A DNA stretch of 64,000 nucleotides from Gammaproteobacteria bacterium (GTDB lineage: Bacteria; Pseudomonadota; Gammaproteobacteria; S012-40). Below, one piece after another: positions 10,320-20,206 of the stretch. The stretch lies in assembly GCA_029881255.1 (NCBI GenBank), contig JAOUMY010000005.1:66479-130478 (forward strand), given 5' to 3'. The notes beneath the pieces are model-generated. The model was not told the DNA's origin. It was given only the letters and a program-made list of their open reading frames with translations, and searched no databases. The position numbers were made by a program, and so were the translations under genes. The stretch's first letter is position 1. Every line of letters starts with the position of its first letter.

Positions 10320-11328
10320 CTACTCTTTCTCTACATCCTTCATCGTCGTCACCAGACGGTCAAAATCGCTTATGTATTCTTCATCCTGAATGACACGAAA
10401 TTTTTCAAACTCGGTTTCGGCCAAGGCTTTAGCTATACTGGATGTCACTTTACCCGCGTCATTGAGAAGCTCGTATTCGTTGAAGGCGAGAAAGCTGTCG
10501 AGTTTACTCACCCAATCTTGCATGTTCATCAAACGCTTCCGTAGCGCCCGACCTTCAGCAAAATCGAGATACATGGATACAATCCGATTTAGTTCCTTGA
10601 GCTCATCTTCTGAAAGATAGTTCTTAACCACTGTGACATCTGATTTTAAAATCTTCCCGCTTGGCGCCTGCTTCCATGAACTCAGCCCCATATTTGGTTT
10701 TCCGACATCGACGCGTTCGTGAATCAATCCCGCCGCCGTATGCCCTGTGACCGCCCAATGGAGTTTATTCTGCACTTGAGCAAAAAAACTGCTTGGTAAG
10801 CTCTGCATCACGATTATAGTCGGCGGAACACTGCGCATAGATATCCGTAATCTTCTGGTAAAACCGTCTCTCTGAGGCGCGAATCTCCCGAATACGCTCC
10901 AGCAACTCATCGAAGTAATCCTTGCCCCAGCTCTTCCCCTGCTTCAATCGCTCATCATCCAATACAAAGCCTTTCATGATGAACTCGCGCAATGTTTGAG
11001 TTGCCCAGATACGAAACTGCGTGGCCTGGTAGGAATTAACCCGGTACCCGACCGATACAATCGCGTCCAGATGATAGACATTGGTGTTGTAGGATTTGCC
11101 GTCGGCAGCAGTTATTCGAAAAATTCGAATAACTGAATCCTCATTCAACTCATTGATCTTAAATATTTCTTTTAAATGATAATTTATCGTCTGGACCTCA
11201 ACGCCAAACAATTCGGCCATCTGCTTCTGCGTTAACCAAAGATTCTCTTCCAGGAAATAGACGGCCAGACGAACCGCACCGTCGGGACCGGTATAAAAGA
11301 CGATTTGTGATTGAGGCTCGACATCCAC
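10320..11328 (-). pseudogene. RhuM-family protein gene (the family RAST calls DNA-binding protein in cluster with Type I R-M), frameshifted
   Basis: N-terminal ORF (10765-11328) carries IVFYTGPDGAVRLAVYFLEENLWLTQKQMAELFGV. C-terminal ORF (10320-10910) carries WAVTGHTAAGLIHERVDVGKPNMGLSSWKQAPSGKILKSDVTVVKNYLSEDELKELNRIVSMYLDFAE. The two halves are in different frames and switch near an A7 run at 10785-10791. Confidence 0.65.
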
Positions 11329-11507
11329 GGAATTGACCTTGATTTGAGTGAATGAAAGTGAAGGGCAATATTACTGTATATATGCACAGCTTACAAGGCC
11401 TTGAACCCCACTACGGTCCGCAGTATGTTTTTTTGAACTGATCACCCACATACGCAAGAATTGCTCGTCATTCATAACGCGCTACATATGTCGAGCAGTG
11501 AAAAAAC

Positions 11508-11542
11508 CATTTTCGTGACGGCACGAAAATGGTCAAACGCGG
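11508..11542 (+). repeat. 35-bp palindrome-containing repeat, copy 2
   Basis: cattttcgtgacgGcacgaaaatggtcaaacgcgg. Same orientation as copy 1. Confidence 0.7.
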
Positions 11543-11831
11543 ATGGGTTCTTTCGCCCCCTCGTCCCACTTGTTTATGCGAATAATGCTAATCCAATAAA
11601 TACAATAAAAACTTTTACTTGATTTTTCTCCACATAGAGACGATATTCTCTTCAGACGGGTAAATCCTAATACGTGCCTCGCACGTTCCCTTCCATCGGT
11701 TGGCAAGAGTGCTTGGAATATTGGCGTAGTAGGGGCCGTCTTTTTTAACCATTATCCCGTAAATTCTTTTAGGTATTCCGTTTTAATTGCGAATATTTTC
11801 GTGTTAATTCGCATAATTTTTTGGCCCAAGC

Positions 11832-13025
11832 CTAAAACACATACTCACTAATATCTAGGTACTTGCTGATTCTAGGCAGAGTAAGTTTGTATTCGCCTGA
11901 TTCCACTTTTGCTAATGTAACATGCCAATACATCTTCCCCTCTGGCCTTTCCGTAGTATTTAAGTGCCCAATATTTTCCATAAATACTTTCATCGGTATA
12001 GCAAAAGCTTTGTCTAAATCCATTCCGCCCAGCACGAGAAACGAGTCCGAACTTGGTCCTAGGAATTCCTCCCAACGGGTATGAAACACAAACCAATACC
12101 GTTGATTTTCTCTTTCGTATGGTTTTGAGATCGTACAAACAACGCGTAGTTCTCTGTCCGCGCTCCAGTATGTCGCCCTCGTTTTCTTTATGAGAGCCTT
12201 ACCCTTTATCTCCCCAAATCGCCTTATAATATTGTCACGTTTTGCATCAAGTTCTTTTGCATCAGTAAATTCCCATGTTGACTTGCTAGTATTTGCACTC
12301 TTTTCTTGCGTTGCACGCTCGTTTGTCTCTACTTCCGCTGATTCTTCTACATCTTGCGCAGTCGTGTATATAACATCGACTAGGGCATCCAAACGTGTAT
12401 ATTCAAATGGCCGCAAAAGCTGTCTTACCTTTTTGCTCGTATCGTTTTCGGACAACATTTTTACTTTCAAAAGAGCTAAAAGTGACTCCACGCTAATTAT
12501 TCTAATATCCCAAGCATGACGAGATCCGCGAACTTGTGCCTCTAATTCGCCGGTATCATTTCGTCCTACGACAATGAGAATGGAAGACTCGCCGTCGATT
12601 TTACCTTGCTCACATAATTGGCGCCGATATCTGGCCAATGTGTCCAAGGTTATTCTATACGCGTCCGTCGTCTTAACCTCTACGACAAGACTAAATCCTT
12701 CTTCAGCTTTCCACAAACCATCAAATCCGACTTGGTTACTTCGTCCTTGGTACAACCCATACTCGACATCGAAATCAAGTCTTTTACCGAGAATATTGAC
12801 GAGATCTTGTAGCACGACTCCACTGTTATTAAACGACTTTTCTAAACACTGTTGAATATATTGTCCAATAAACTGCCTATCCATTGCCTCTAAGTATTCT
12901 CTAAGTTCCTTAGAACACACGGAGTTGTCTTTTAGATTCCCATCCCCTGCGAGCCCAACGAGTTGCTGTATCTGCTTTGACTCGATATCTTCCTTATTTG
13001 TTTTCCACAGACTCAGTAGCGACAT
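11832..13025 (-). CDS. PD-(D/E)xK nuclease-like protein (restriction-endonuclease fold) with uncharacterised C-terminal domain, co-transcribed downstream of hsdM
   Basis: GFDGLW...FSLVVEVKTTDAY fits D-x(n)-E-x-K. 10-nt gap after the hsdM stop. AT-richer than hsdM. C-terminal domain (YWFVFHTRWEEFL...GKMYWHVTL) is unassigned. Confidence 0.45.
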   Translation of the reverse strand: MSLLSLWKTNKEDIESKQIQQLVGLAGDGNLKDNSVCSKELREYLEAMDRQFIGQYIQQCLEKSFNNSGVVLQDLVNILGKRLDFDVEYGLYQGRSNQVGFDGLWKAEEGFSLVVEVKTTDAYRITLDTLARYRRQLCEQGKIDGESSILIVVGRNDTGELEAQVRGSRHAWDIRIISVESLLALLKVKMLSENDTSKKVRQLLRPFEYTRLDALVDVIYTTAQDVEESAEVETNERATQEKSANTSKSTWEFTDAKELDAKRDNIIRRFGEIKGKALIKKTRATYWSADRELRVVCTISKPYERENQRYWFVFHTRWEEFLGPSSDSFLVLGGMDLDKAFAIPMKVFMENIGHLNTTERPEGKMYWHVTLAKVESGEYKLTLPRISKYLDISEYVF

Positions 13026-13034
13026 AATACGTTC

Positions 13035-14540
13035 CTAGTTCAATTCTCCATTCCCTGCCAACACCTCCTCCACACTTCTAAACTCCTCCAACGCCGCCTC
13101 TAACTGCTCCACTATCTCCTGCGCCAACACATGCGGTGGTGGAAGATTTTCGGTGTCTTCGAGTGATTCGTCTTTTAACCAAAAGATATCCAGATTGGTC
13201 TTATCCCGCGCAACTAACTCATCATAGGTAAATGAACGCCACCTACCTGTCATTCCGGCATTCTTTTGGCCGGAATCCGGTTTGTCACTCCATGTCGCTT
13301 TGCGCTTGCTTCGGTCTTCGGCTTTATAGCACTCGATAAACTCATCAAAATCACTCTTCACCAGGCGTTTTGTTTTCAGGGTCATGTGCACATTGGTGCG
13401 GTAGTCGTAGACCCAGAGTTTTTTGGTCCAGGCGGTTTTGGAGGCGGGTTTAGCGTCGAAGAAGATGACGTTGGCCTTGACGCCCTGGGCGTAGAAGATG
13501 CCGGTGGGCAGGCGCAGTAAGGTGTGGAGATCGGTGCGTTCGAGCAGGTTTTTGCGCACGGTTTCGCCGGCGCCGCCTTCGAAGAGGACGTTATCCGGCA
13601 CCACCACGGCGGCTTTGCCGTCGATCTTGAGCATGTTGGCGATGTGTTGCACGAAGTTGAGCTGTTTGTTGGAGGTGGTGGCCCAAAAGTCTTCGCGCTC
13701 ATAGACCAGCTTTTCCTGTTCTTTTTTACCGGTCTTTTCGTTGATGACGGTAATGGAGCTCTTTTTACCAAAGGGCGGATTGGCCAGGACCATATCGACT
13801 CGGTCATCCCCCACTTCTTTGGCCAGGGCATCATTGGCGCTAATCGGGCATTCATCGCCTCCGATACCGTGCAGGTATAAGTTCATGGCACATAAACGCA
13901 CCACGCTATCGACAATATCGTTACCGCGTAAGGCGTGTTCTTTGAGATGACGTTGTTCTTTTTTGGAGGTGGCTTGTGCCGCCATGTAATCGTGGGCGGC
14001 CAATAAAAAGCCGCCGGTACCACAGGCGGGATCGGCCACGGTGTCGGTGGGTTTGGGTTGCATCACCTCCACCATCGCCTGGATTAACGGGCGCGGGGTA
14101 AAGTATTGCCCGGCACCGCCTTTCACATCCTGCGCATTGCGTTCCAACAAGCCTTCATAGATGTCGCCCTTCACATCCGCCGGCAAGGTGGACCACTGCT
14201 CCTTGTCGATCATCTTTATCAGGCGTTCCAGCTTGGCGGGGTCCTGGATTTTGTTTTGCGCCTTGCGGAAGATCGTGCCTAACATGCCGCCTTGTTTACC
14301 CAGGTTTTCCAGGGTATGGCGGTATTGCAGTTCTAAATCATCACCATCGAGCTTCACCAAATGGCCCCAGTTGAATTTAGTCGGCACCTGTACTTGCTGA
14401 CCAGCGGTTTCACGCTCATCGGCCATTTTTAGGAAGATTAAATAGGTAATCTGTTCGACATAATCCCCATAACCCACACCATCGTCACGTAAAACGTGGG
14501 CATAGTTCCAGACTTTGTTTACTATTTCTGATGCGCTCAT
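13035..14540 (-). CDS. hsdM: Type I restriction-modification N6-adenine DNA methyltransferase subunit HsdM
   Basis: HsdM_N-type N-terminus VWNYAHVLRDDGVGYGDYVEQITYLIFLKMADE. SAM motif I DPACGTGGFL. Catalytic motif IV LANPPFG. 501 aa. Confidence 0.9.
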   Translation of the reverse strand: MSASEIVNKVWNYAHVLRDDGVGYGDYVEQITYLIFLKMADERETAGQQVQVPTKFNWGHLVKLDGDDLELQYRHTLENLGKQGGMLGTIFRKAQNKIQDPAKLERLIKMIDKEQWSTLPADVKGDIYEGLLERNAQDVKGGAGQYFTPRPLIQAMVEVMQPKPTDTVADPACGTGGFLLAAHDYMAAQATSKKEQRHLKEHALRGNDIVDSVVRLCAMNLYLHGIGGDECPISANDALAKEVGDDRVDMVLANPPFGKKSSITVINEKTGKKEQEKLVYEREDFWATTSNKQLNFVQHIANMLKIDGKAAVVVPDNVLFEGGAGETVRKNLLERTDLHTLLRLPTGIFYAQGVKANVIFFDAKPASKTAWTKKLWVYDYRTNVHMTLKTKRLVKSDFDEFIECYKAEDRSKRKATWSDKPDSGQKNAGMTGRWRSFTYDELVARDKTNLDIFWLKDESLEDTENLPPPHVLAQEIVEQLEAALEEFRSVEEVLAGNGELN

Positions 14541-14563
14541 TCTTTTACCATAAAATTAAGTTT

Positions 14564-17500
14564 TTACTTTTTATCAAAAGGGATTTCCTTGACTAATAGC
14601 GAGACACCAATTTGCCTGGCTTGGCTATTCAACCCATCAAGCAAATGAACCAACTGCGACGTTTCAGCAGTTCTTTTTGAATCGTCTTTGATAGCTTTAG
14701 TTAATTCCGCTTTATTGACACATCCAGCAGTAGCTAGCACTACATATAGATTACGTTCAGGTTGATCAATTATATCTCTCTTAATTTTTTTCCATAACGC
14801 AGAGGCTGTCGGCTGGCCAGCAGGATGCTTAAAAAGCCGAGGAATTTGAGTTGAATTCCATTTTTTTCCTCTAGCCCAACTTTCTACTCCCTTTGGGGAC
14901 TCTATATTCGGCGACATATAAACAATGTTTTTAGATGCTTGTGAAACTATGTCATGCAACGCTGATGCAGATATTTTTGAATTACCTTTATTTGCTTTTG
15001 CATGAACAAAGGCTAATGACTTACTTTTAAAATCGACACACACAAAGTCTGCCGCTTCACTTCCAAGGTCATCGCAGATGATAGTTGATGGTGCAAACGG
15101 TAAGCCTATTTTATTTTGGGATATTACTGAAAATAAACTCCCTTTTGGAAACTGTTTAGTATTATTAGCTTTTAGCTTCTTGATTTCTTCTTCAGTACCT
15201 TTCTCATTCTTACAAGCTGGTGCGTCATTAGGTATTTCTATTAATTGAAGCAAATATTTCTCAAAGTAAGAGTAATCAATCTGGTAAAAATTTCTACCCG
15301 AATAAATGCTAGAACCATCTTTCATGCAGACGGTAATCACATCCTGGTTTCGATTAAAATAATCTGAAAATGCAGTAGGCTTTATACCTGTCGAGTCACT
15401 AATTGTTATGCTGGATGAAGAGTCTTCTTTAGTAATCCAGAATTTACGTTTCTCTGGTTTATATTTTAAATGAAAATCAATATCTGTTTTCTTATCTTCT
15501 ACTGATTCGACTGGCAAAAAACTAAGCTTGAAGAGAAAGGTGTCTGAGCCACCATTTTTAGGTGAAACTTCAACAGAAGCTTTTTGGCATAAATATTGTT
15601 CATCTCCTCCGCCTATATAGAAAACGACATCTGATCTAAACATATCAAATGATATTGATCCTGGGTCAATCTTATCAGGGGGGTCGCAGGCCGGCATATA
15701 CCTTGATAGGAAAGCGGAAGGAGCCGTTGAAGAGTCCAGTGCCTTTGCAGTTGACTTTGCCCAAGAAATAAAACTTTTATAGTCATGATCACGCAAGGTT
15801 ACTGTGTCAGCTTCTTTTCTTACTCGTCCATTTCCGATATTCAAATAACGACGCTCTTTATTTGAATAGCCTCTAGTAGTTCTACAGATATGGATTCGAT
15901 CTGTTATCGATGGAGAAATCAAGGATAGATTTGACCCTCGTATATCCACTCCTCTCACTGAGGAATCAAAAGGGATAGTATTTTGAGTGCTAGCGTTTGT
16001 GGGTGTAAAGCTCTCATCAAAATACTTTGACAAAGTGCCAGCACCTACTGGCAATGTGTGTTCATCAATATATTCCATCGGTAGATTACCGGCTGAATCT
16101 GCAATAAACACATAGTTTTTTGTAACGACCACACAATGTGTCTCAAGCCTAATTTCGTAAAGTGATCTACGGTATGCTCTGCTTGAATTAGCAATGCTGG
16201 CATAAACCCACAAAGCAGAATCTTTACGTTTCTGACATGGTTCATTGAGATTCGGCCCTAAAATAGTCGCATCTTCAAGATTCAAAGTGTCGGTGCAATT
16301 TTCAATGTAATCAGAGAGATCGAATGATTTAACTTTCTTACGAACTATTGCTGTTGGTGGAACAATAACTTGTGCATCACTATCTAAAGTTGAAGGATCA
16401 AATTTCTTTAGGAATCTCCCACTAAAATATTCTATTTCAGGCTGCAATGAGAGAAGCTTCTCTACAGCTTCTTTGTAATGCTGAGCACTTCTTAATTCTT
16501 GATCTCTCTCAAAATTTCGATAAGATTCCCACTCTACTTGAGGGCTTATTTCTTTTGGTGAAAGGATAAGCGAACAAGCATCTTTCGAGTCATCCCCACT
16601 TTTTCGAAGTATTCTGCCAATCTGTTGGATTAATTTTCTATCATTAGAAAATGAAGTGAATAATGCAGTTACACAAAAACGATTATCATCGAAACCTTCT
16701 GTTAATTTGTTTTGATGAACCCAAATGGCTGCGTCTTCCTCTTGCGGATCTGGCACGCTGCTATATAGATATTCTTCTTTCCTGCCTTGAAATCTATCAT
16801 GGATGCCTATTGCATTTATCGAGTTCTTATTACTTCGCAGGGTTGTCACCACATCCTCAATATCTGAAACATCTTTGCAACAAATAATTGCTCTCGGATT
16901 TGAACTAGGAAGACTTTTGCTTTTTAATAGCGATATCCATCTCCCTAAGAAGATTTCTGTTTGAGTTTGTAGCCTATCCGTATTTACACAGCTCAACTTC
17001 TCAAATTTAACATCCCTAATAATATTATTAGAAACAGCATCTTCGTGAGTAAAATGAAAGCATTGTGATTTTGGATCTGTTATTCGAAATAACTTCAAGT
17101 CATTTCGATACGGAGTAGCTGTTAGAAGTATTGTTTTTGTATTTAATTCTTTCACTGAGCGACCCCAGCCAACAGCAGGCTCGTAGTGGCACTCATCTAC
17201 AATTACGAAAGAAATAGTCTTCGCTAAAAGTTCATAAGCCTCAGAATATTCTTTTCTTAGGGTGCTTAAAGTAGCGAATGTGGTAACAAAGATTGCATTA
17301 GGGTTTGATTGTAACGTCGCTTCTGCTACAGAAGGCTTTAATTCTCGCACTCTTCTTGTTGGATTCTGTATTCCGCACTTATCCCAAAATCTCTCTTTAA
17401 TATCCGCAATCAACTGATTTCTTAAATATGCCCAAGGGGTTATGACGAGAGAAGAACCTGAACACGACAACGCTGTCAACGAGGCTATAACACCTGTTTT

Positions 17501-17638
17501 TCCAGTACCCGTCGGCATGCGGACCAAGCAAGTATCAGAGTTTGAATTTAGATGATCAACAGAAAACTTAACAGCATCCTTTTGGTGCGTCCAAAGTTTT
17601 GCTGCATTACTACGCGAGATATGAGCAAACGACTTCAT
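14564..17638 (-). CDS. SF2 DExH helicase fused to large C-terminal region with PD-(D/E)xK-like nuclease signature (cargo gene C)
   Basis: Motif I MPTGTGKTG, motif II VIVDECHY, motif III LLTATPYRND, motif VI QQIGRILR. C-terminal IICDDLGSEAADFVCVDFKSKSLAFVHAKANKG resembles a D...(D/E)xK nuclease core. About 40 % GC versus about 52 % in the flanking hsd genes. Its ATG overlaps the stop of the hsdM remnant (ATGA). Confidence 0.75.
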   Translation of the reverse strand: MKSFAHISRSNAAKLWTHQKDAVKFSVDHLNSNSDTCLVRMPTGTGKTGVIASLTALSCSGSSLVITPWAYLRNQLIADIKERFWDKCGIQNPTRRVRELKPSVAEATLQSNPNAIFVTTFATLSTLRKEYSEAYELLAKTISFVIVDECHYEPAVGWGRSVKELNTKTILLTATPYRNDLKLFRITDPKSQCFHFTHEDAVSNNIIRDVKFEKLSCVNTDRLQTQTEIFLGRWISLLKSKSLPSSNPRAIICCKDVSDIEDVVTTLRSNKNSINAIGIHDRFQGRKEEYLYSSVPDPQEEDAAIWVHQNKLTEGFDDNRFCVTALFTSFSNDRKLIQQIGRILRKSGDDSKDACSLILSPKEISPQVEWESYRNFERDQELRSAQHYKEAVEKLLSLQPEIEYFSGRFLKKFDPSTLDSDAQVIVPPTAIVRKKVKSFDLSDYIENCTDTLNLEDATILGPNLNEPCQKRKDSALWVYASIANSSRAYRRSLYEIRLETHCVVVTKNYVFIADSAGNLPMEYIDEHTLPVGAGTLSKYFDESFTPTNASTQNTIPFDSSVRGVDIRGSNLSLISPSITDRIHICRTTRGYSNKERRYLNIGNGRVRKEADTVTLRDHDYKSFISWAKSTAKALDSSTAPSAFLSRYMPACDPPDKIDPGSISFDMFRSDVVFYIGGGDEQYLCQKASVEVSPKNGGSDTFLFKLSFLPVESVEDKKTDIDFHLKYKPEKRKFWITKEDSSSSITISDSTGIKPTAFSDYFNRNQDVITVCMKDGSSIYSGRNFYQIDYSYFEKYLLQLIEIPNDAPACKNEKGTEEEIKKLKANNTKQFPKGSLFSVISQNKIGLPFAPSTIICDDLGSEAADFVCVDFKSKSLAFVHAKANKGNSKISASALHDIVSQASKNIVYMSPNIESPKGVESWARGKKWNSTQIPRLFKHPAGQPTASALWKKIKRDIIDQPERNLYVVLATAGCVNKAELTKAIKDDSKRTAETSQLVHLLDGLNSQARQIGVSLLVKEIPFDKK

Positions 17639-17832
17639 ATAATTTGTACGCCATCACCCCAGGCTAATTTATTTGGTATCTGCATATACTGTCCGGCTTT
17701 TTCTCGCTCATCGGCCATTTTGAGGAAGATAAGATATGTTATTTGTTCAACATAGTCCCCGTGACCCACACCATAATTACGTAAGACGTGGGCGGAGTTC
17801 CAGACTTTATTGTCTATTTCTGGTGCGCTCAT
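17635..17832 (-). pseudogene. 5' remnant (65 codons) of a second, diverged hsdM
   Basis: MSAPEIDNKVWNSAHVLRNYGVGHGDYVEQITYLIFLKMADEREKAGQYMQIP versus the full HsdM MSASEIVNKVWNYAHVLRDDGVGYGDYVEQITYLIFLKMADERETAGQQVQVP. About 80 % nucleotide identity over about 150 bp. Homology ends at the helicase start codon. Confidence 0.8.
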
Positions 17833-17854
17833 TTTTTAATAGTCTTTATATTGT

Positions 17855-20206
17855 TTAATCGGCCACTCTTTCAGTGGCTGTTACTGTGTTATCAATATGG
17901 ATAATCTCACACCTAACCTCTAGCCGTTTTTTGTCACTGCCAGTTGGTATAAGATGTTTTTGAATTGGCATCGGTATGGGAATAAATATCCTATTTTTAA
18001 GTGCAATGGTCGTCGTAGGATAAACTTCACCACCAGATGCCTCTGTAATAATCTCAGGCAACTGAATATCGTAATACAAGCCAAATCGACCAGAATGATG
18101 TTGAAATATCAACAAAATCCTCTGCCCACCCCATATAACTGATGTAGTATGAGGTTGAAGGAAAAATTCACCGTTTTGTTCTCTAATACGATCAGTTATG
18201 GCTAAGAAACACTGGAAACCATTTAAAGCTTGTTCACTATTTTCAATAGTAAGTAGTTTCGCATCTGTCTCAATATCTGTCCTTGATATTGCGGGCATTG
18301 GGACACCCGGCTCTGCACCGGTTCCTATTAATTGTTTCTCTGCCTCACTAACAATGTCTGGCACTACTTCTTGAGCAGACTTTGCTGACCCACTGTCAAC
18401 CACTTGTACATTTCGTCTAGCGACGACCTGAGATCTTCTTGCGCCTTCATCAACCGATATTTGGCCTGCAAGTACTAAATCCCATATTTCACTTAAACTA
18501 CCTAAGTCAGTCTTTTCATATTCATACACTTCGCGTTTGCTTCTCATTCTTTTCAGAAAGGCTTCTGCCCCTTCGCGTGTGGCACTAGGGACAAAGTTTG
18601 CTATTTTCGGAAATATTATCGATCTAACAAAATCCTTAACCATGCCGGCAAATACTTCAAATTCATTCTGATATACTTCGAGCAAAATAGAAGCCGATGA
18701 ACCATTAGGATTTATATAAATCGTTGGCACATTTCCTGCTAACTCTATGTACACTGGCAGTTGGTGAGAAAGGGAAGCTAATTCTATTCGTGCTTTAACA
18801 AAATAATCCGCCTCAAGTATCGAGGTAAGCCTAAACACAAGACCGGATTCCGCCAATGAATAATCCGACTGTTTCTTTAGGCTAATTACTTTTGGTGAAT
18901 CGTCTATTCGTTGAATATTTGTACAATATGCATTTATATAGTTGCTTTGACATCTTTTCCTTGGGTTACTTGTTGCAGCCACAAGTAATTTTTTATCCTC
19001 GCTCGCATACTGTTCTATTATTGAGGCATCTTGGCCTTCATAATAATTAAACAATGTTGGACTAATAGAATCTCTGATCTCTTCCAAGCTGATATTTCTC
19101 GAACCCGGCTCATTTCTGATGGTAATTTTCCCACATAAATCATACTTTCCGTGATTTACTACCCATTGCATAAATGCATTGCTCATGTCGGCTTGCGGCT
19201 GCTTTGATAGATGATGAGACACAAAGCTTTCTACATCAGTAAATATGTTTTGTAATATCTGTAAACTTTCTGTTTCTAATGCCTCACGACCTGCTGTTGG
19301 CCGCAAAAACAAAAAATCAGCAATACCACCTAGCCGATATACTGAACTTAATGATGTGGGCGCCAAACTGAACCCTGAGCGGTATGTTTTAACAGCTCCA
19401 ATGCCTTGACGAAGAATCATCTTGCCCGGTAGCGCCTGTGAATTATATTTGACGTTAGTTAGTTCAATACGAACTTCGCCAGTATTATCCCCAGCCAACA
19501 ACACATCCGACCTAGTTCTCTGGCTAATCTCCATATCTGATTGTTCTATTTTCCATGCTACATTTATAGGTGGTACGCTTTGCTCAAATCCTTGCTGGCT
19601 GATAAGTTCCCCATTTACGTAAACAGGTATCTGCACATGTGTTACACACTCTTTTATATAATTCGTGGCACTATTTAGATCGATTGGCTTGTTTTCGTAC
19701 AATATGGCAGTAACAGTGGTACCTGATGTGCCTTGCGCAGCCTCTTTCTTTACATCAATACAATTTTCTGTCGCAGACAATGACTCGCGTTCAGCACTCG
19801 ATATAATCCGTTCGCTTCCCAATAACTTCTCTGTTTCCACTATTAGTTTTTTTGCTACACCAAAGTTTGCCATTGCGCCAATACCAAAGGTACCTACTAC
19901 ACCGGCTGCCTTTGCGTGTTCATTATTTTTAGAGCTAGATCCAGCACGCCAAAAATGCTGTTTGACATCTTCAATTGTCATTCCAATTCCATTATCAGTA
20001 ATAACAACCTGGTTCTGCTTTATCGCTACATCGATGCGTGGAGAAAAAGTTGGATCATCAGCTTTTCTAAGCAATATTGCATCAAATGCATTTTGCGTAT
20101 TCTCTCTAAGTAACGCCAAAGGTGACTGATAGATTTGTGCTGCCAACACCTCAATTATTCTATCGATGTCGACCGCTAATGGTATTTTATCTATGTTGTC
20201 TGTCAT
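17855..20206 (-). CDS. GHKL-superfamily ATPase (Hsp90/MutL/MORC-like Bergerat fold) with long uncharacterised C-terminal region (cargo gene B)
   Basis: N box ENTQNAFDAI. G1 box VITDNGIGMT. G2-like GTFGIGAMANFG. 783 aa. Overlaps the upstream phosphoesterase gene by 4 nt. AT-rich (about 35-45 % GC). Confidence 0.75.
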   Translation of the reverse strand: MTDNIDKIPLAVDIDRIIEVLAAQIYQSPLALLRENTQNAFDAILLRKADDPTFSPRIDVAIKQNQVVITDNGIGMTIEDVKQHFWRAGSSSKNNEHAKAAGVVGTFGIGAMANFGVAKKLIVETEKLLGSERIISSAERESLSATENCIDVKKEAAQGTSGTTVTAILYENKPIDLNSATNYIKECVTHVQIPVYVNGELISQQGFEQSVPPINVAWKIEQSDMEISQRTRSDVLLAGDNTGEVRIELTNVKYNSQALPGKMILRQGIGAVKTYRSGFSLAPTSLSSVYRLGGIADFLFLRPTAGREALETESLQILQNIFTDVESFVSHHLSKQPQADMSNAFMQWVVNHGKYDLCGKITIRNEPGSRNISLEEIRDSISPTLFNYYEGQDASIIEQYASEDKKLLVAATSNPRKRCQSNYINAYCTNIQRIDDSPKVISLKKQSDYSLAESGLVFRLTSILEADYFVKARIELASLSHQLPVYIELAGNVPTIYINPNGSSASILLEVYQNEFEVFAGMVKDFVRSIIFPKIANFVPSATREGAEAFLKRMRSKREVYEYEKTDLGSLSEIWDLVLAGQISVDEGARRSQVVARRNVQVVDSGSAKSAQEVVPDIVSEAEKQLIGTGAEPGVPMPAISRTDIETDAKLLTIENSEQALNGFQCFLAITDRIREQNGEFFLQPHTTSVIWGGQRILLIFQHHSGRFGLYYDIQLPEIITEASGGEVYPTTTIALKNRIFIPIPMPIQKHLIPTGSDKKRLEVRCEIIHIDNTVTATERVAD

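Noticed and set aside
13382-13855. 157-aa minus-strand ORF (P/S/T/A-rich) and + strand 118-aa/84-aa ORFs
   Set aside because: Alternative frames inside hsdM. Compositionally biased and with no domain signature.
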